From NCBI GenBank assembly GCA_036677065.1, contig JAKFBS010000002.1, positions 352,001 through 416,000 on the forward strand: 64,000 nucleotides of DNA, in the 5' to 3' direction. The position numbers were made by a program, and so were the translations under genes. Every line of letters begins with the position of its first letter. The first letter of the stretch is position 1. The DNA comes from Bdellovibrio sp. (GTDB lineage: Bacteria; Bdellovibrionota; Bdellovibrionia; Bdellovibrionales; Bdellovibrionaceae). The notes under the pieces were generated by a model that searched no databases, had not been told where the DNA came from, and saw nothing but the letters and a program-made list of their open reading frames with translations. Below, piece by piece: positions 20,892 to 30,318 of the stretch.

Positions 20892-20919
20892 GCGCAACAT
20901 AATATAACTTATCAGAAGT
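20892..20919 (-). other. dif: chromosomal dif site (XerC/XerD recombination site)
   Basis: Minus strand ACTTCTGATAA-GTTATA-TTATGTTGCGC has 11-6-11 architecture with a TTATGT XerD arm; intergenic; near the apparent skew switch. Confidence 0.8.
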
Positions 20920-21080
20920 TTATGATGGCCATCAAAAGCTTCGATTTATCACAACTAATGCTGCTAAATTTGCAGAATCCTGGTTAATCTTAATAAAAGC
21001 CTAACGTGATATTTTAAATTCATCACGTTATGACTTCTCCAAGACAAAAGTAAGACATCATCAATGGGAGATATTAAATC

Positions 21081-22220
21081 ATGCGCTTAATCTTATCTGT
21101 AGCAGCTTTTTTTCTAACAGTTCATGCGAAAGCTCAAACAACATCAGTTTCAGCGCCATTAGCGACCGCTGAATTTACGCCTTCAAATAAATTCTCTGGC
21201 GACTTTAGATATCGTCATCAAGATACAAAAGATGCTGCAAAGAAAAATCGCCGTGTTCACAGATTAATGTTGCGTGTTGGCCAAGCATTTCAAATTCAAT
21301 CTGATCTGAAATTCACATATCGCTTAATGACCGGAGCAAATAATAACAGCGGAAATACAACCATTGCCGATGGCGGGTCAACACAAGGATCACCAAGATA
21401 TACCATCGGCTTAGATCAGGCTTATCTTACTTATTTGCCAGAGCAAAACTTAAGTCTTTATCTAGGCAAAATGCCACAGTTTTTTTATAGCGCCGGAAAA
21501 AACCAGGTTATTCTTGATCGTGATATCACCCCGGAAGGTTTAGGCATTCAATTTAAAGAGTCTTTCTTAGATAAAAAATTAGATTTGAATTTAAATTTGG
21601 CTTCGTTGTGGGTGCGTGAAAAATATAATTCAACTGCCGGCGAAGATGTATCAGATTCATTTTTAAATGTTGCTCAGGCTACTTTGAATTATAAAATTAA
21701 TTCTGACTACTCTACCCACCTTGGGCTTGGTACTTATACTTTTACAGATGTTAAAGGATCAGCTCCTAATGATTTAACCATTCAAACAGCACCTGATTTC
21801 AGAGGCAATACTACTGATGGTTCAGGAAAATATCTTAATGAATATGAGATCTTACAGGCAAGCATTGAACTTAAATATGCTAAAGCTTCAAATGAAATTT
21901 CTGTGTTTTACGAACAGTTAAAAAATGGCGGAGCTGATTCATTAAACGAAGCTACGATTTTTGGAACTACAATGTCTTATGATAAATTCAGCTTAAGTGT
22001 AATGCGCCAAACTATTGAAAGTGATGCTGTATTAGCAATTTATGGCAGCGCAGACACAGCCGGCGGACAAACAAATTCACGTGGTAACGTTTATCTTTTC
22101 GGTTATAAATTAAATAAAAATGCTGTGATTAATTATTCGCTATATGATTTCGAAAGAAATGTTGAAACTAGCCCGACTGATTACAAGGTTTCACATATAG
22201 ATTTAACTGTCGTGTTTTAA
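21081..22220 (+). CDS. putative porin (outer membrane beta-barrel)
   Basis: Signal peptide, SGDFRYR, LDQAY, GKM, D.DI.PEG motifs, C-terminal Phe. Confidence 0.8.
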   Translation: MRLILSVAAFFLTVHAKAQTTSVSAPLATAEFTPSNKFSGDFRYRHQDTKDAAKKNRRVHRLMLRVGQAFQIQSDLKFTYRLMTGANNNSGNTTIADGGSTQGSPRYTIGLDQAYLTYLPEQNLSLYLGKMPQFFYSAGKNQVILDRDITPEGLGIQFKESFLDKKLDLNLNLASLWVREKYNSTAGEDVSDSFLNVAQATLNYKINSDYSTHLGLGTYTFTDVKGSAPNDLTIQTAPDFRGNTTDGSGKYLNEYEILQASIELKYAKASNEISVFYEQLKNGGADSLNEATIFGTTMSYDKFSLSVMRQTIESDAVLAIYGSADTAGGQTNSRGNVYLFGYKLNKNAVINYSLYDFERNVETSPTDYKVSHIDLTVVF

Positions 22221-23159
22221 AAGTTTACGTGTAGCAATTAGCCCAAGCTCGTGAGATGACTCAGCACTTTTACCGTATTTAGGAAAAATCAGAAGTCCTG
22301 GCGCCGGAGATTTAAGTTCTTCGCCGTTAGGGGTGTAGCCTAAGATCTCCCCGTCACTCACCGGCTGAAGATTTACTAGACCCGGAAGCAGCTCAGCACT
22401 TTGATTTTGCTTCGTCAGCTGATGGGTAATTTTAAAATACGGGGTTTCAGCACTAGGTTTTGGCAAAATCAAATTCGCAAAGTTCAAATAAAACAGTTTA
22501 TCGCACATCTCGCGGGCCAAGCTTTGATCAAAACCATTTTGACTGATCTCGATCACTAACGTTGAAATCTTTGCGCTACGGGCGAACTCTGAAAGCGTAT
22601 GCCCATCACGCGAAAAGCCTTTTGCATCAAAACAAATGATAGGCCAGTCAGTACTTAAGACATGGGCCATTGAAATCATGTATCCATCTTCCGGAGCCAC
22701 AATAAACGGAGTCAATGTCGGCGCCGAGGTCTGGTGAAGATCAATAATTAGCTTCGGTCGAAGTTTAAATATTGCAGCTTCAATTTGTCGAGCACGACCG
22801 TATTCGTAGGTTTTTGTGATTTCAATATTGATTACACCTTTTGGTTTATCTCCGGCATGAAAACTACGGTTTAGATCTCGATCAATAAAACGCTCGTTTT
22901 TTTCGTACGCCTTTACGTTGTTTAGCAAGACTGCGAACGTAAATGGGGCGCTGATATTTGATTTAATTACTTTTTCTAGGAATATATTTACGGTTTGCAA
23001 GCCTATGACTTCGTTACCGTGTGTAAGTGCTGTGAATAAGATGTCTGGTGTCGGCGATGTGGTAAAACCATGGGTGTCAATTTGGCTGTAGCCCTGCAGT
23101 ACGCGGAACTGGTTGTGCAGGGTTTGGAATTTGGTTAGTTCGTCGTGATGTGAGGACAT
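22203..23159 (-). CDS. succinylglutamate desuccinylase/aspartoacylase (M14-like) family hydrolase
   Basis: HGNE, RFIDRDLNRSF, IDLHQT zinc/catalytic motifs; C-terminal biotinyl-like segment. Confidence 0.85.
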   Translation of the reverse strand: MSSHHDELTKFQTLHNQFRVLQGYSQIDTHGFTTSPTPDILFTALTHGNEVIGLQTVNIFLEKVIKSNISAPFTFAVLLNNVKAYEKNERFIDRDLNRSFHAGDKPKGVINIEITKTYEYGRARQIEAAIFKLRPKLIIDLHQTSAPTLTPFIVAPEDGYMISMAHVLSTDWPIICFDAKGFSRDGHTLSEFARSAKISTLVIEISQNGFDQSLAREMCDKLFYLNFANLILPKPSAETPYFKITHQLTKQNQSAELLPGLVNLQPVSDGEILGYTPNGEELKSPAPGLLIFPKYGKSAESSHELGLIATRKLLKHDS

Positions 23160-23168
23160 GACATAATA

Positions 23169-24632
23169 TTAAGCTGCATTTTGATCTTCGTCATCATTTT
23201 CGCAGTCTCTGCATTTAAAAATATAATGGCCTTGCTCATTTGTATCTAAAAACATTACTGCGCTAGGATGTTTAGGACACTTTTGATTATCGCTGCCTGC
23301 TAGACCAGAGTCGCTATTATCCCCATCTCTTATTTGAATCTGCGGTGCTGAAATCAATTTAAATATTGAATTTGTATCTTCATCGAAACCTTTTAGATAT
23401 TTACGACCAACATCTTCTGTCCAAAATCCTGCTTCGTTTACAATTGATGCCACTTTGTGATCAATTAATATTTGATTTGGTTCACCAATCGAGGTCAGAC
23501 GACTCGCATATGGCAATGGAACTCCAATAGCTGTAAAGGTTTTAAAGTACTTCTGATCACCATAAAAACCTACGTTAGCAAAACCTGTAGAAATACCAAC
23601 CCGAACTTGCAACTCAGACTTCCAGTGTTTCATATAAAACGATTTATCATCTTGAATAGCCTGGACAGCTTCTAATGCAGCCATACAAGTACGAGATATA
23701 AAATCAGTTCGTGCGATTGGCATATTCGAAAAGGCTAGAACTCCGTCGCCATGAAACTTATCGATAGTTAAATCATATTTTAGAAACGTAGTTAGAGTAG
23801 TATCTAGAAAGCGTGCTAAAGATAACTGCATATCTTTTTCGTCTAGCTTGGTTACTTTATCTGTAGATTTAACAATATCGATGAAAATTGCGCAAATTTC
23901 CGCCCTTTTAACATCTTCATCAATAGAAATCTGACCACCACGAATAGCTTTAATAATTTGAGGCGAAAATTGCGAAGACAATTGATGTAACTTAGTGGCT
24001 TCTTCTGTTTTTTTAATGATAACTAATTCACGTGATCTCAATTCATTTTCCAATTCGTTTTTAGCGTGAATCTCACTATTACGAAGCTTTTCATTGAAAA
24101 AACGAATAAGGGAACAAATAACAATAGATCCAACAATGAAAAATAAGTTTCCGATAGTATCCATTTTAAGATGGCCTTTAAGTATTTCTACAATAATTAA
24201 AGCCAAATAAGGGAAATAAATACCTGCCGCTGTTATAAATAAATATTTGCGGCGAAATGGAATAAAGGACAGACCACCTATTGCTATCAGGTTTAAACCA
24301 GCATAATAAGAAGTTGATGTGTCGTTGATTCTGAAAATAAGGTAATTAATCAAACCAGCGATTGATATTGCGTATACAGTTGCAATTGCTTGTGATTTTT
24401 CATAGTCATTTGATTTTCTGATTTGTCGATTAATTAGAATACAAATTGGAATAATCAAAAGTCGAACACATAGAAACTCTACAGAACGTTCTGCATAGAG
24501 CACTATATCTGCAAACCAAAAAACTAAAAAAAGAGGAACAGCCATCCAATTCGAAATCAGTCGAATAATCGACTGAACTTCGGCATTGTGAACCTGATCT
24601 CTCTTTTTGAAGTAATTCGAGCTTGTAGTCAT
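23169..24632 (-). CDS. membrane-bound class III adenylate/guanylate cyclase with multi-TM sensor region and C-terminal Zn-ribbon-like motif
   Basis: About 6 TM helices incl. YYAGLNL; FIDIVKST, DKFHGDG, RVGISTG, ASRL; CPKH...CRDC. Confidence 0.85.
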   Translation of the reverse strand: MTTSSNYFKKRDQVHNAEVQSIIRLISNWMAVPLFLVFWFADIVLYAERSVEFLCVRLLIIPICILINRQIRKSNDYEKSQAIATVYAISIAGLINYLIFRINDTSTSYYAGLNLIAIGGLSFIPFRRKYLFITAAGIYFPYLALIIVEILKGHLKMDTIGNLFFIVGSIVICSLIRFFNEKLRNSEIHAKNELENELRSRELVIIKKTEEATKLHQLSSQFSPQIIKAIRGGQISIDEDVKRAEICAIFIDIVKSTDKVTKLDEKDMQLSLARFLDTTLTTFLKYDLTIDKFHGDGVLAFSNMPIARTDFISRTCMAALEAVQAIQDDKSFYMKHWKSELQVRVGISTGFANVGFYGDQKYFKTFTAIGVPLPYASRLTSIGEPNQILIDHKVASIVNEAGFWTEDVGRKYLKGFDEDTNSIFKLISAPQIQIRDGDNSDSGLAGSDNQKCPKHPSAVMFLDTNEQGHYIFKCRDCENDDEDQNAA

Positions 24633-24635
24633 TAA

Positions 24636-26105
24636 TTATTTTTTCGTCATCACTGCAAAAATATTAACTCCAAGAGGCTCTTGCTCAATTACACAAGTTT
24701 TACTTTGTGCTGTGAACATATTTTTCAAATCTTCTTTAGAACGATAAATTAAAATCCAATCCAATACATACTCCATAAACGGAACACACGGATTTTCTTT
24801 ACTAAAATTACCGATAATAACGTGACCATCTGGCTTAATTGCATTTAGCATTTGATTAGCGGTAGCTTGCGCAACTGGTTCTGTGAAGTAATCAAATAGA
24901 CCTGCTGAATAAATTAAATCATAATCCTTTTCTTCTATACCTTTTCCGATAATATTTCTAATAGCTAAATTTTCATATCTGAATTTGAAACCAGATTGAA
25001 CTTGTCGATCAATGGTTAACATTTGACGTTGAGCATGTTTTAATGACTCTTCATCTTGGTCAATGCAGTGAAATTCAATATTTAAACCATGAAATTCTGG
25101 ATTGTTTCTTACAAATAACTGTTGTTCCATCGCTGGACCACTGGCTATTGAAAGAATTTTTATTTTCTTTCCAGAACCCTTAACTTTTACAACTTCTTTA
25201 ATTTTTTGCTCTAAGTACGCACCACGATTTTTAACTGCATTGCCCGCTGGTTCATCAATAAAATATTTATGCATACATTGATCGAATAATGTCGCCCCAA
25301 CCATTTCATTGCGGTAAAGATGATTCATCATCTCATAATCACCAGCATATCCTCTTGGCTTATTATAAGCTCTACTTGCGAATGGAGCTCCGTAAACGAA
25401 CTGTCCAATTTCTTTTCTGATAAAACCAGTGCAGATATCGTTATCTTCTTTACTTAAATTCTTTAAATAAACAGGGATATCTTTGTAAACTGCTGGTAAG
25501 AACTTGCCTAAATAATCAGACATCGTATCAGCTATAGTAAGTCGATATTCTTCATTAGCCTTAGCGTCGTCCAGAGGTGCAGATTTTTCCAAATTGTCGA
25601 TTTGTTGCTTTAAATTCAAAAACCAATTTTTTAGATCGTAAACAGCCATGCGGAATTTTTCTGGAATTTTTAACGAAGTCATCGTTAGAGTTTCTTGATT
25701 AGCAATAATCATAGAAGCTTCGTTGATAGCCTGACATCTTTCTACTTTGAATGGCTCACCTAATGTTTCAAGACCCACTTCATAGCGGCCCTCTGCAACT
25801 TTGTCGATACGAATCGGCTTCAATGCAACAGTTTGAGTTTCTACATTCTTATAAACTAATTTAAATAAATTGGTTACAGAACTTTCCATATATTTACTAA
25901 GGTTTTGCGCAGATGCTTCATCTACTAATACACCACAGCCAAATGAACTTAAATTTGTGACTTCATAAGACTGATTATTGTGAACGATAAAACATTCTTT
26001 CGGATCAACAAACCATCTGTCCTGACGGATAATTTTTTTTCTATTGGCGATCTGTTGATCTAGGACTAAAAAGCCCTCTTGTTGTAATTTGACATTTTGA
26101 CTCAT
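24636..26105 (-). CDS. PhcB-like class I SAM-dependent methyltransferase with N-terminal PilZ-like domain
   Basis: KPRGYAGDYEMM, SIASGPAME, IDQD, YSAGLFDY, GNF...NP...ME..LDW.LIYR; N-terminal RQDR...NLSSFG. Confidence 0.75.
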   Translation of the reverse strand: MSQNVKLQQEGFLVLDQQIANRKKIIRQDRWFVDPKECFIVHNNQSYEVTNLSSFGCGVLVDEASAQNLSKYMESSVTNLFKLVYKNVETQTVALKPIRIDKVAEGRYEVGLETLGEPFKVERCQAINEASMIIANQETLTMTSLKIPEKFRMAVYDLKNWFLNLKQQIDNLEKSAPLDDAKANEEYRLTIADTMSDYLGKFLPAVYKDIPVYLKNLSKEDNDICTGFIRKEIGQFVYGAPFASRAYNKPRGYAGDYEMMNHLYRNEMVGATLFDQCMHKYFIDEPAGNAVKNRGAYLEQKIKEVVKVKGSGKKIKILSIASGPAMEQQLFVRNNPEFHGLNIEFHCIDQDEESLKHAQRQMLTIDRQVQSGFKFRYENLAIRNIIGKGIEEKDYDLIYSAGLFDYFTEPVAQATANQMLNAIKPDGHVIIGNFSKENPCVPFMEYVLDWILIYRSKEDLKNMFTAQSKTCVIEQEPLGVNIFAVMTKK

Positions 26106-26129
26106 GGTGCCTCCGCAATCTGCTGTTCT

Positions 26130-26156
26130 TTATCGAAATTTAATCCATCGAATTCA
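26130..26156 (-). promoter_or_regulatory. possible sigma28 (FliA) promoter
   Basis: Minus strand TGAA-N15-TTCGATAA, 25 bp upstream of the methyltransferase ATG. Confidence 0.3.
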
Positions 26157-26267
26157 ACAGGGCGAAAGTCTAGAGATGTGTAGAGTCCTTAACAAGATTA
26201 CATTTTGTGTTTCATTTAATTACAGAATGCCAGACATAAAAATAAAAAAGACTCTAACAAGGTTGAT

Positions 26268-27140
26268 TTACGCAGGAGTAAACCGCTCCACGTACTGACA
26301 TTTCTGACAAAGCTCTTCCAAAAGCTCCCCGCGTTCAAAGCCTGTTTTAATCTTCTGAGCACGTTCTGTCTTCATGATATCTTTCAAAGATGAACCATCG
26401 GCCACAGAACCTAGCTTTAACAAAGCCTCTTTATCCAAACAACACGGCACCACGTCGCCATTAGCATGAATAGCTAACTGTTTTCTCATTCCGTAACAAG
26501 TACCCTTAGTCGATAGCACTTCACGCTTCAATGTTGGCCATTCGAATTCGGTATCAAAGTGAAGGTATAACTTATCTTTCACTTTTTTAGATTTCTGCAC
26601 GCGCACATCGACATTTTCGTTTAAGCTCACACCGAAACGTTTCTCGACCAAATCATACACTTGCAGGTTTTGATCTAACTGTGCGTTTACAGAAGCTAAA
26701 TTCCAAAGACGCAGATTAATATAGAAGGAATTTTTCTTTTCTAAAGACTGTTCGCAAAAATCTAAGATCGGAGTCAAGTACTGCTCTAAAGTCTGGCGCG
26801 AAGTGTTTGCAAAATACGAATGCACAGAAAAATTAATTTGCTCTAAATGCTTCCAGTTTAAAATTGTATCGATATGACGTTTGATCAAAGTGCCATTCGT
26901 CGTTAAGAAAATTTTTAGTTCTAGTTCGTCACAAACTTTAACAATTTCGGCGAACTGCGCGTGCCCCAATGGTTCACCCATTAAATGCAGGCAAACTTGT
27001 TTCGCCAAAGGCTTTGCCTGGATAGCGTAGTTACGAAAGTTCTCGACAGAAATCACTTTCTTTTCGCGCACAACCTCAGGGCAAAAACTGCACTGTAAAT
27101 TACAAATATTACTGATTTCTATATAGATACGCTCGAACAT
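26268..27140 (-). CDS. radical SAM/SPASM domain protein
   Basis: CNLQCSFC motif; C-terminal C...G.VVPCC...CQKC. Confidence 0.9.
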   Translation of the reverse strand: MFERIYIEISNICNLQCSFCPEVVREKKVISVENFRNYAIQAKPLAKQVCLHLMGEPLGHAQFAEIVKVCDELELKIFLTTNGTLIKRHIDTILNWKHLEQINFSVHSYFANTSRQTLEQYLTPILDFCEQSLEKKNSFYINLRLWNLASVNAQLDQNLQVYDLVEKRFGVSLNENVDVRVQKSKKVKDKLYLHFDTEFEWPTLKREVLSTKGTCYGMRKQLAIHANGDVVPCCLDKEALLKLGSVADGSSLKDIMKTERAQKIKTGFERGELLEELCQKCQYVERFTPA

Positions 27141-27256
27141 GAGGCCCAGAAATTAGTCTAAGTTACAGCCCATGATCAATCTATTTATCCGTGACTAACA
27201 AATAAACAGAGTCGTTTAAGCCATATCGGATATAGAGTAACTTGGCTATGAAACCT

Positions 27257-27271
27257 TGGCCCTAAGCCTGC
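27257..27271 (+). promoter_or_regulatory. putative sigma54 promoter
   Basis: TGGCCC-TAAGC-CTGC upstream of ATG 27296. Confidence 0.5.
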
Positions 27272-27295
27272 AATTAAATCCGGTAGAGGTAACAA

Positions 27296-28450
27296 ATGCT
27301 TAAGCGTATCACAATGAGACAATGCCTTTTAATTTTAGCGATCTTTCTAACTGCTGGCTTAAATGCGTTTGCGGGCGGCCCAGAAGTGCAAATTTCTGAG
27401 CAACTTGATATTAATCCAAACGACTATGTTGTTGAAAGCCCGACCGAAGTTAATTCTAAAATCAAAGCTACTGCGCACAAAGATAAAAATAATTATTCTA
27501 TAAAAATAGATTTACCAAATTCATCTTTTGTTATCGCGCATCCAACAGCAGAACAAATGGAATTTTACCGTGATTTATCTGACGCCGATAAAGTTAAATT
27601 TCATGAAAAAAGAATGATCGGGTTAAACACTTTAGCCAAAGCATTAACATCGATTAAAAAAGGCTTAGGTATCGGTTCTTACGTTAAAGACAAGGTGATG
27701 TTCTGGAAACACAAACAAGGTCAAGTCAGCATGATTGAACGCGGTGACCATGTTGTTGAAGGCATTCTGCGTTCGTTTGATGCTAAAGCTTGGGAATCAG
27801 CACCGATCTTTGCTGACTTAAAAGAAATTGGTTTTACCGGCACTGGTCAAATCGTTGCAGCACTTGGAACTAACAAGCGCATTGATATTCACAAAGAAAT
27901 CGCCCATAAAAAAATCGATGTGGTTGTCCCAGAAGTTAAATCTGGCGGGGCGATCGGCATCGGATTTACTATCGGGGTCAATTTCGAACAAAGATCAGTT
28001 GTATTTCAATTATTCAATGCCAACGAACAACTTAAAGAAGTTTATTTACCGCTATTTTACTTGGCCGGTAATTTAAAAGCCGGAATGTATCTTTCAAGCT
28101 CTACGCAAAAACTTTATAGCTCGCAAAAAGGCGAAGGCTTCTACCCGTTTGCAGCCCCGGGTTATTCAGAATCTGCCCCGGGTAAAAAATCATTCGGCGG
28201 AACCATGGCTTTCGGCATCCCGACTTCACCGATCGATGCAGGCCTTACTTTTAAAACAAATATGCAGGAACAAAGCTATTTAAGAATTCGCATCTCGCCA
28301 TTTACTTGGAAGTTTATCGGGGTAAGTGTCAAAAACCCCATGGGAATTATTAAAATCGCCGTTAAAAATATTCCCGCTCTGTTTCTTGAATTTAAAAAGA
28401 TTTATCAACAGTTCTACTATGCAAGATCATGCAAAGGTTTATATATCTAG
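27296..28450 (+). CDS. secreted hypothetical protein
   Basis: GAGG RBS, signal peptide ending in AFA, 384-aa ORF. Confidence 0.7.
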   Translation: MLKRITMRQCLLILAIFLTAGLNAFAGGPEVQISEQLDINPNDYVVESPTEVNSKIKATAHKDKNNYSIKIDLPNSSFVIAHPTAEQMEFYRDLSDADKVKFHEKRMIGLNTLAKALTSIKKGLGIGSYVKDKVMFWKHKQGQVSMIERGDHVVEGILRSFDAKAWESAPIFADLKEIGFTGTGQIVAALGTNKRIDIHKEIAHKKIDVVVPEVKSGGAIGIGFTIGVNFEQRSVVFQLFNANEQLKEVYLPLFYLAGNLKAGMYLSSSTQKLYSSQKGEGFYPFAAPGYSESAPGKKSFGGTMAFGIPTSPIDAGLTFKTNMQEQSYLRIRISPFTWKFIGVSVKNPMGIIKIAVKNIPALFLEFKKIYQQFYYARSCKGLYI

Positions 28451-29226
28451 CCTTTTGTAAGCGGAAAAAACGAGACCATAAGTTCATACACGTGGTCTTT
28501 GTTTTGGCTTTTCTTTTCTAAATCATCAGCAAGTGTGCGGGTAAACTGCGTGATTTTTTTCTTGGCTTCATCCACCAATGCAGAATCAATCGCCACTGTT
28601 AAGGTCATATTGGCTCTTTGTGAATTTGGAATATCATGCATGGCTTGCATAGCTTTCGCACCAAACTGAGTAATCGATTGTCTTAAAGCTGTGATATAAG
28701 AGGCATGGTCATCAGAAATAATTCTTAATCCCGGGGTTCCATTACCTGATTTTACTAATTGACCACCTTCAGTTTTATTTAAAAAACCAAGAGTTATTAA
28801 TCGCTCAACAGCTAATTTTGCTTCGTCGACACTGATTCCAAGTTTGGTGCCGATCCATGTAGCCTCTGGCTGAAAATCTGCAAGCAAAGTTAATTCGACG
28901 ATGGTGATGTTATACCAATTTTGAATTAACTTAAATTCTTCGTGATGAACTTTTACATCCTGCATGCTCTCAAAATGTTTTATGCCATCAGAGCTTTTTA
29001 CATATTCGCGGTAAGAAATTAATTCAGGCTCAACAAGCCCAACAGAAGGCGCTAAGCGATCTAACATTTTTAAAGTGATCGGAACTTTTTTGCGAAGAAT
29101 TTTAGACAACAGAGATGGTTCGATATTAAGATCACGGGCAAAAGCCCGTAAAGAGTAACTTGAATTTGTGGATTGTCGTCTTAATAACTCGCTATTCAGA
29201 AATGTCGAAAAATTAGCATCATGCAT
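28447..29226 (-). CDS. TIGR02147/DUF4423 family HTH protein
   Basis: N..YSLRAFARDL.I.PS.LS.IL HTH; WY..TI.EL; C-terminal VYEL..SFFPLT. Confidence 0.85.
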   Translation of the reverse strand: MHDANFSTFLNSELLRRQSTNSSYSLRAFARDLNIEPSLLSKILRKKVPITLKMLDRLAPSVGLVEPELISYREYVKSSDGIKHFESMQDVKVHHEEFKLIQNWYNITIVELTLLADFQPEATWIGTKLGISVDEAKLAVERLITLGFLNKTEGGQLVKSGNGTPGLRIISDDHASYITALRQSITQFGAKAMQAMHDIPNSQRANMTLTVAIDSALVDEAKKKITQFTRTLADDLEKKSQNKDHVYELMVSFFPLTKG

Positions 29227-29382
29227 AAAACAACTATATTAAATTAGATTTTATTCAAACAAGCTAATTCTTGTGTCGAAATCAAAAAACACACGCTTTT
29301 AAGACCATTTAGTGTTCCAAAATCCTTTTCCCGCTTTTCAGCGTTGGAACATTAACCGCAGTAACCGAAAGCACCTGTTAAC

Positions 29383-30318
29383 CTAAACCTTCTTCAGATA
29401 ACTCGCATTACTCTTCACTGGTCGTGACTTTAAATACTGCCCAGTAGTCGCCAGCGACGCATGCCCAAGAGTAGTTTGTACGACATGAATATCAGCCCCG
29501 TTTTCTAGAGCATGGATTGCCGAAGTATGCCTGAACCAATGGGGTGATGGGGTTTTTCCACCCGGCACCTTGATGCCTCCGAGCAAAGTCGCTTTTTTCA
29601 CGATTTTAAAGATTGTAATTCGCGACAGCGGAGCCCCTTCATAATTAAAGATGTAAGCATTGGGCTCTAATTGAGCTTTTTTAATGTACTTCTTAATCTC
29701 TTTCCATAAGAACGTACCCGTTAAAACTGTGCGTATCTTACTCCCCTTACCAATCACAGTTAGATAAGCACCTTGTGTATTACGCTTTTGCGTTGAAACT
29801 GAGAAGTCTTTAACCTTAATCGTCGATAGTTCACTTACACGCAGGCCAGTGAAATACAAAATCTGCAGAATTAGCCGGTCGCGGGGGTTTTGAACTTTCT
29901 GAGTCATACGTTTAATCTGCTCGATTGATAGAACTTTATAATGAAAGCTTTCAGTGACTTTTTCTTGTCTGACGACTTTAACTGGACTGCGCGGAATGTA
30001 TCCGACGTTTTCCAAGTACTGAAATAACGAAGATAAACAATTGCGATGCAAATTACGTGTCGAAGCCGAAACCTTATCTTTCTTGCGTAGATATAACGTC
30101 ACTAAAGCCGGCGTGATCTGCTTTAAACCTAAATGCCAGTTGAAGGTTAGGAAATCACGAATAATACGAACGTAGGTCTTTTTCGTACGTTCTGAGAAAT
30201 GACCTTGATTCAACCACGCCCAAATCTGAATTGATTCTTCAGACTGCAGGTAAGTCGACAGCTGTGACTTGTCCGAGAAAAAATTATTATCATTTAAAAC
30301 GACTAAGCCCTGCTTCAT
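29383..30318 (-). CDS. tyrosine recombinase (XerC/D-like integrase)
   Basis: TGLRVSEL, GKGSK.R, HWFRH, LGHASL.TT..Y: full catalytic set plus N-terminal SAM-like domain. Confidence 0.92.
   Translation of the reverse strand: MKQGLVVLNDNNFFSDKSQLSTYLQSEESIQIWAWLNQGHFSERTKKTYVRIIRDFLTFNWHLGLKQITPALVTLYLRKKDKVSASTRNLHRNCLSSLFQYLENVGYIPRSPVKVVRQEKVTESFHYKVLSIEQIKRMTQKVQNPRDRLILQILYFTGLRVSELSTIKVKDFSVSTQKRNTQGAYLTVIGKGSKIRTVLTGTFLWKEIKKYIKKAQLEPNAYIFNYEGAPLSRITIFKIVKKATLLGGIKVPGGKTPSPHWFRHTSAIHALENGADIHVVQTTLGHASLATTGQYLKSRPVKSNASYLKKV

Noticed and set aside
26268..27140. RiPP cluster around the radical SAM/SPASM gene
   Set aside because: No precursor peptide, transporter or peptidase adjacent; looks like the common stand-alone family
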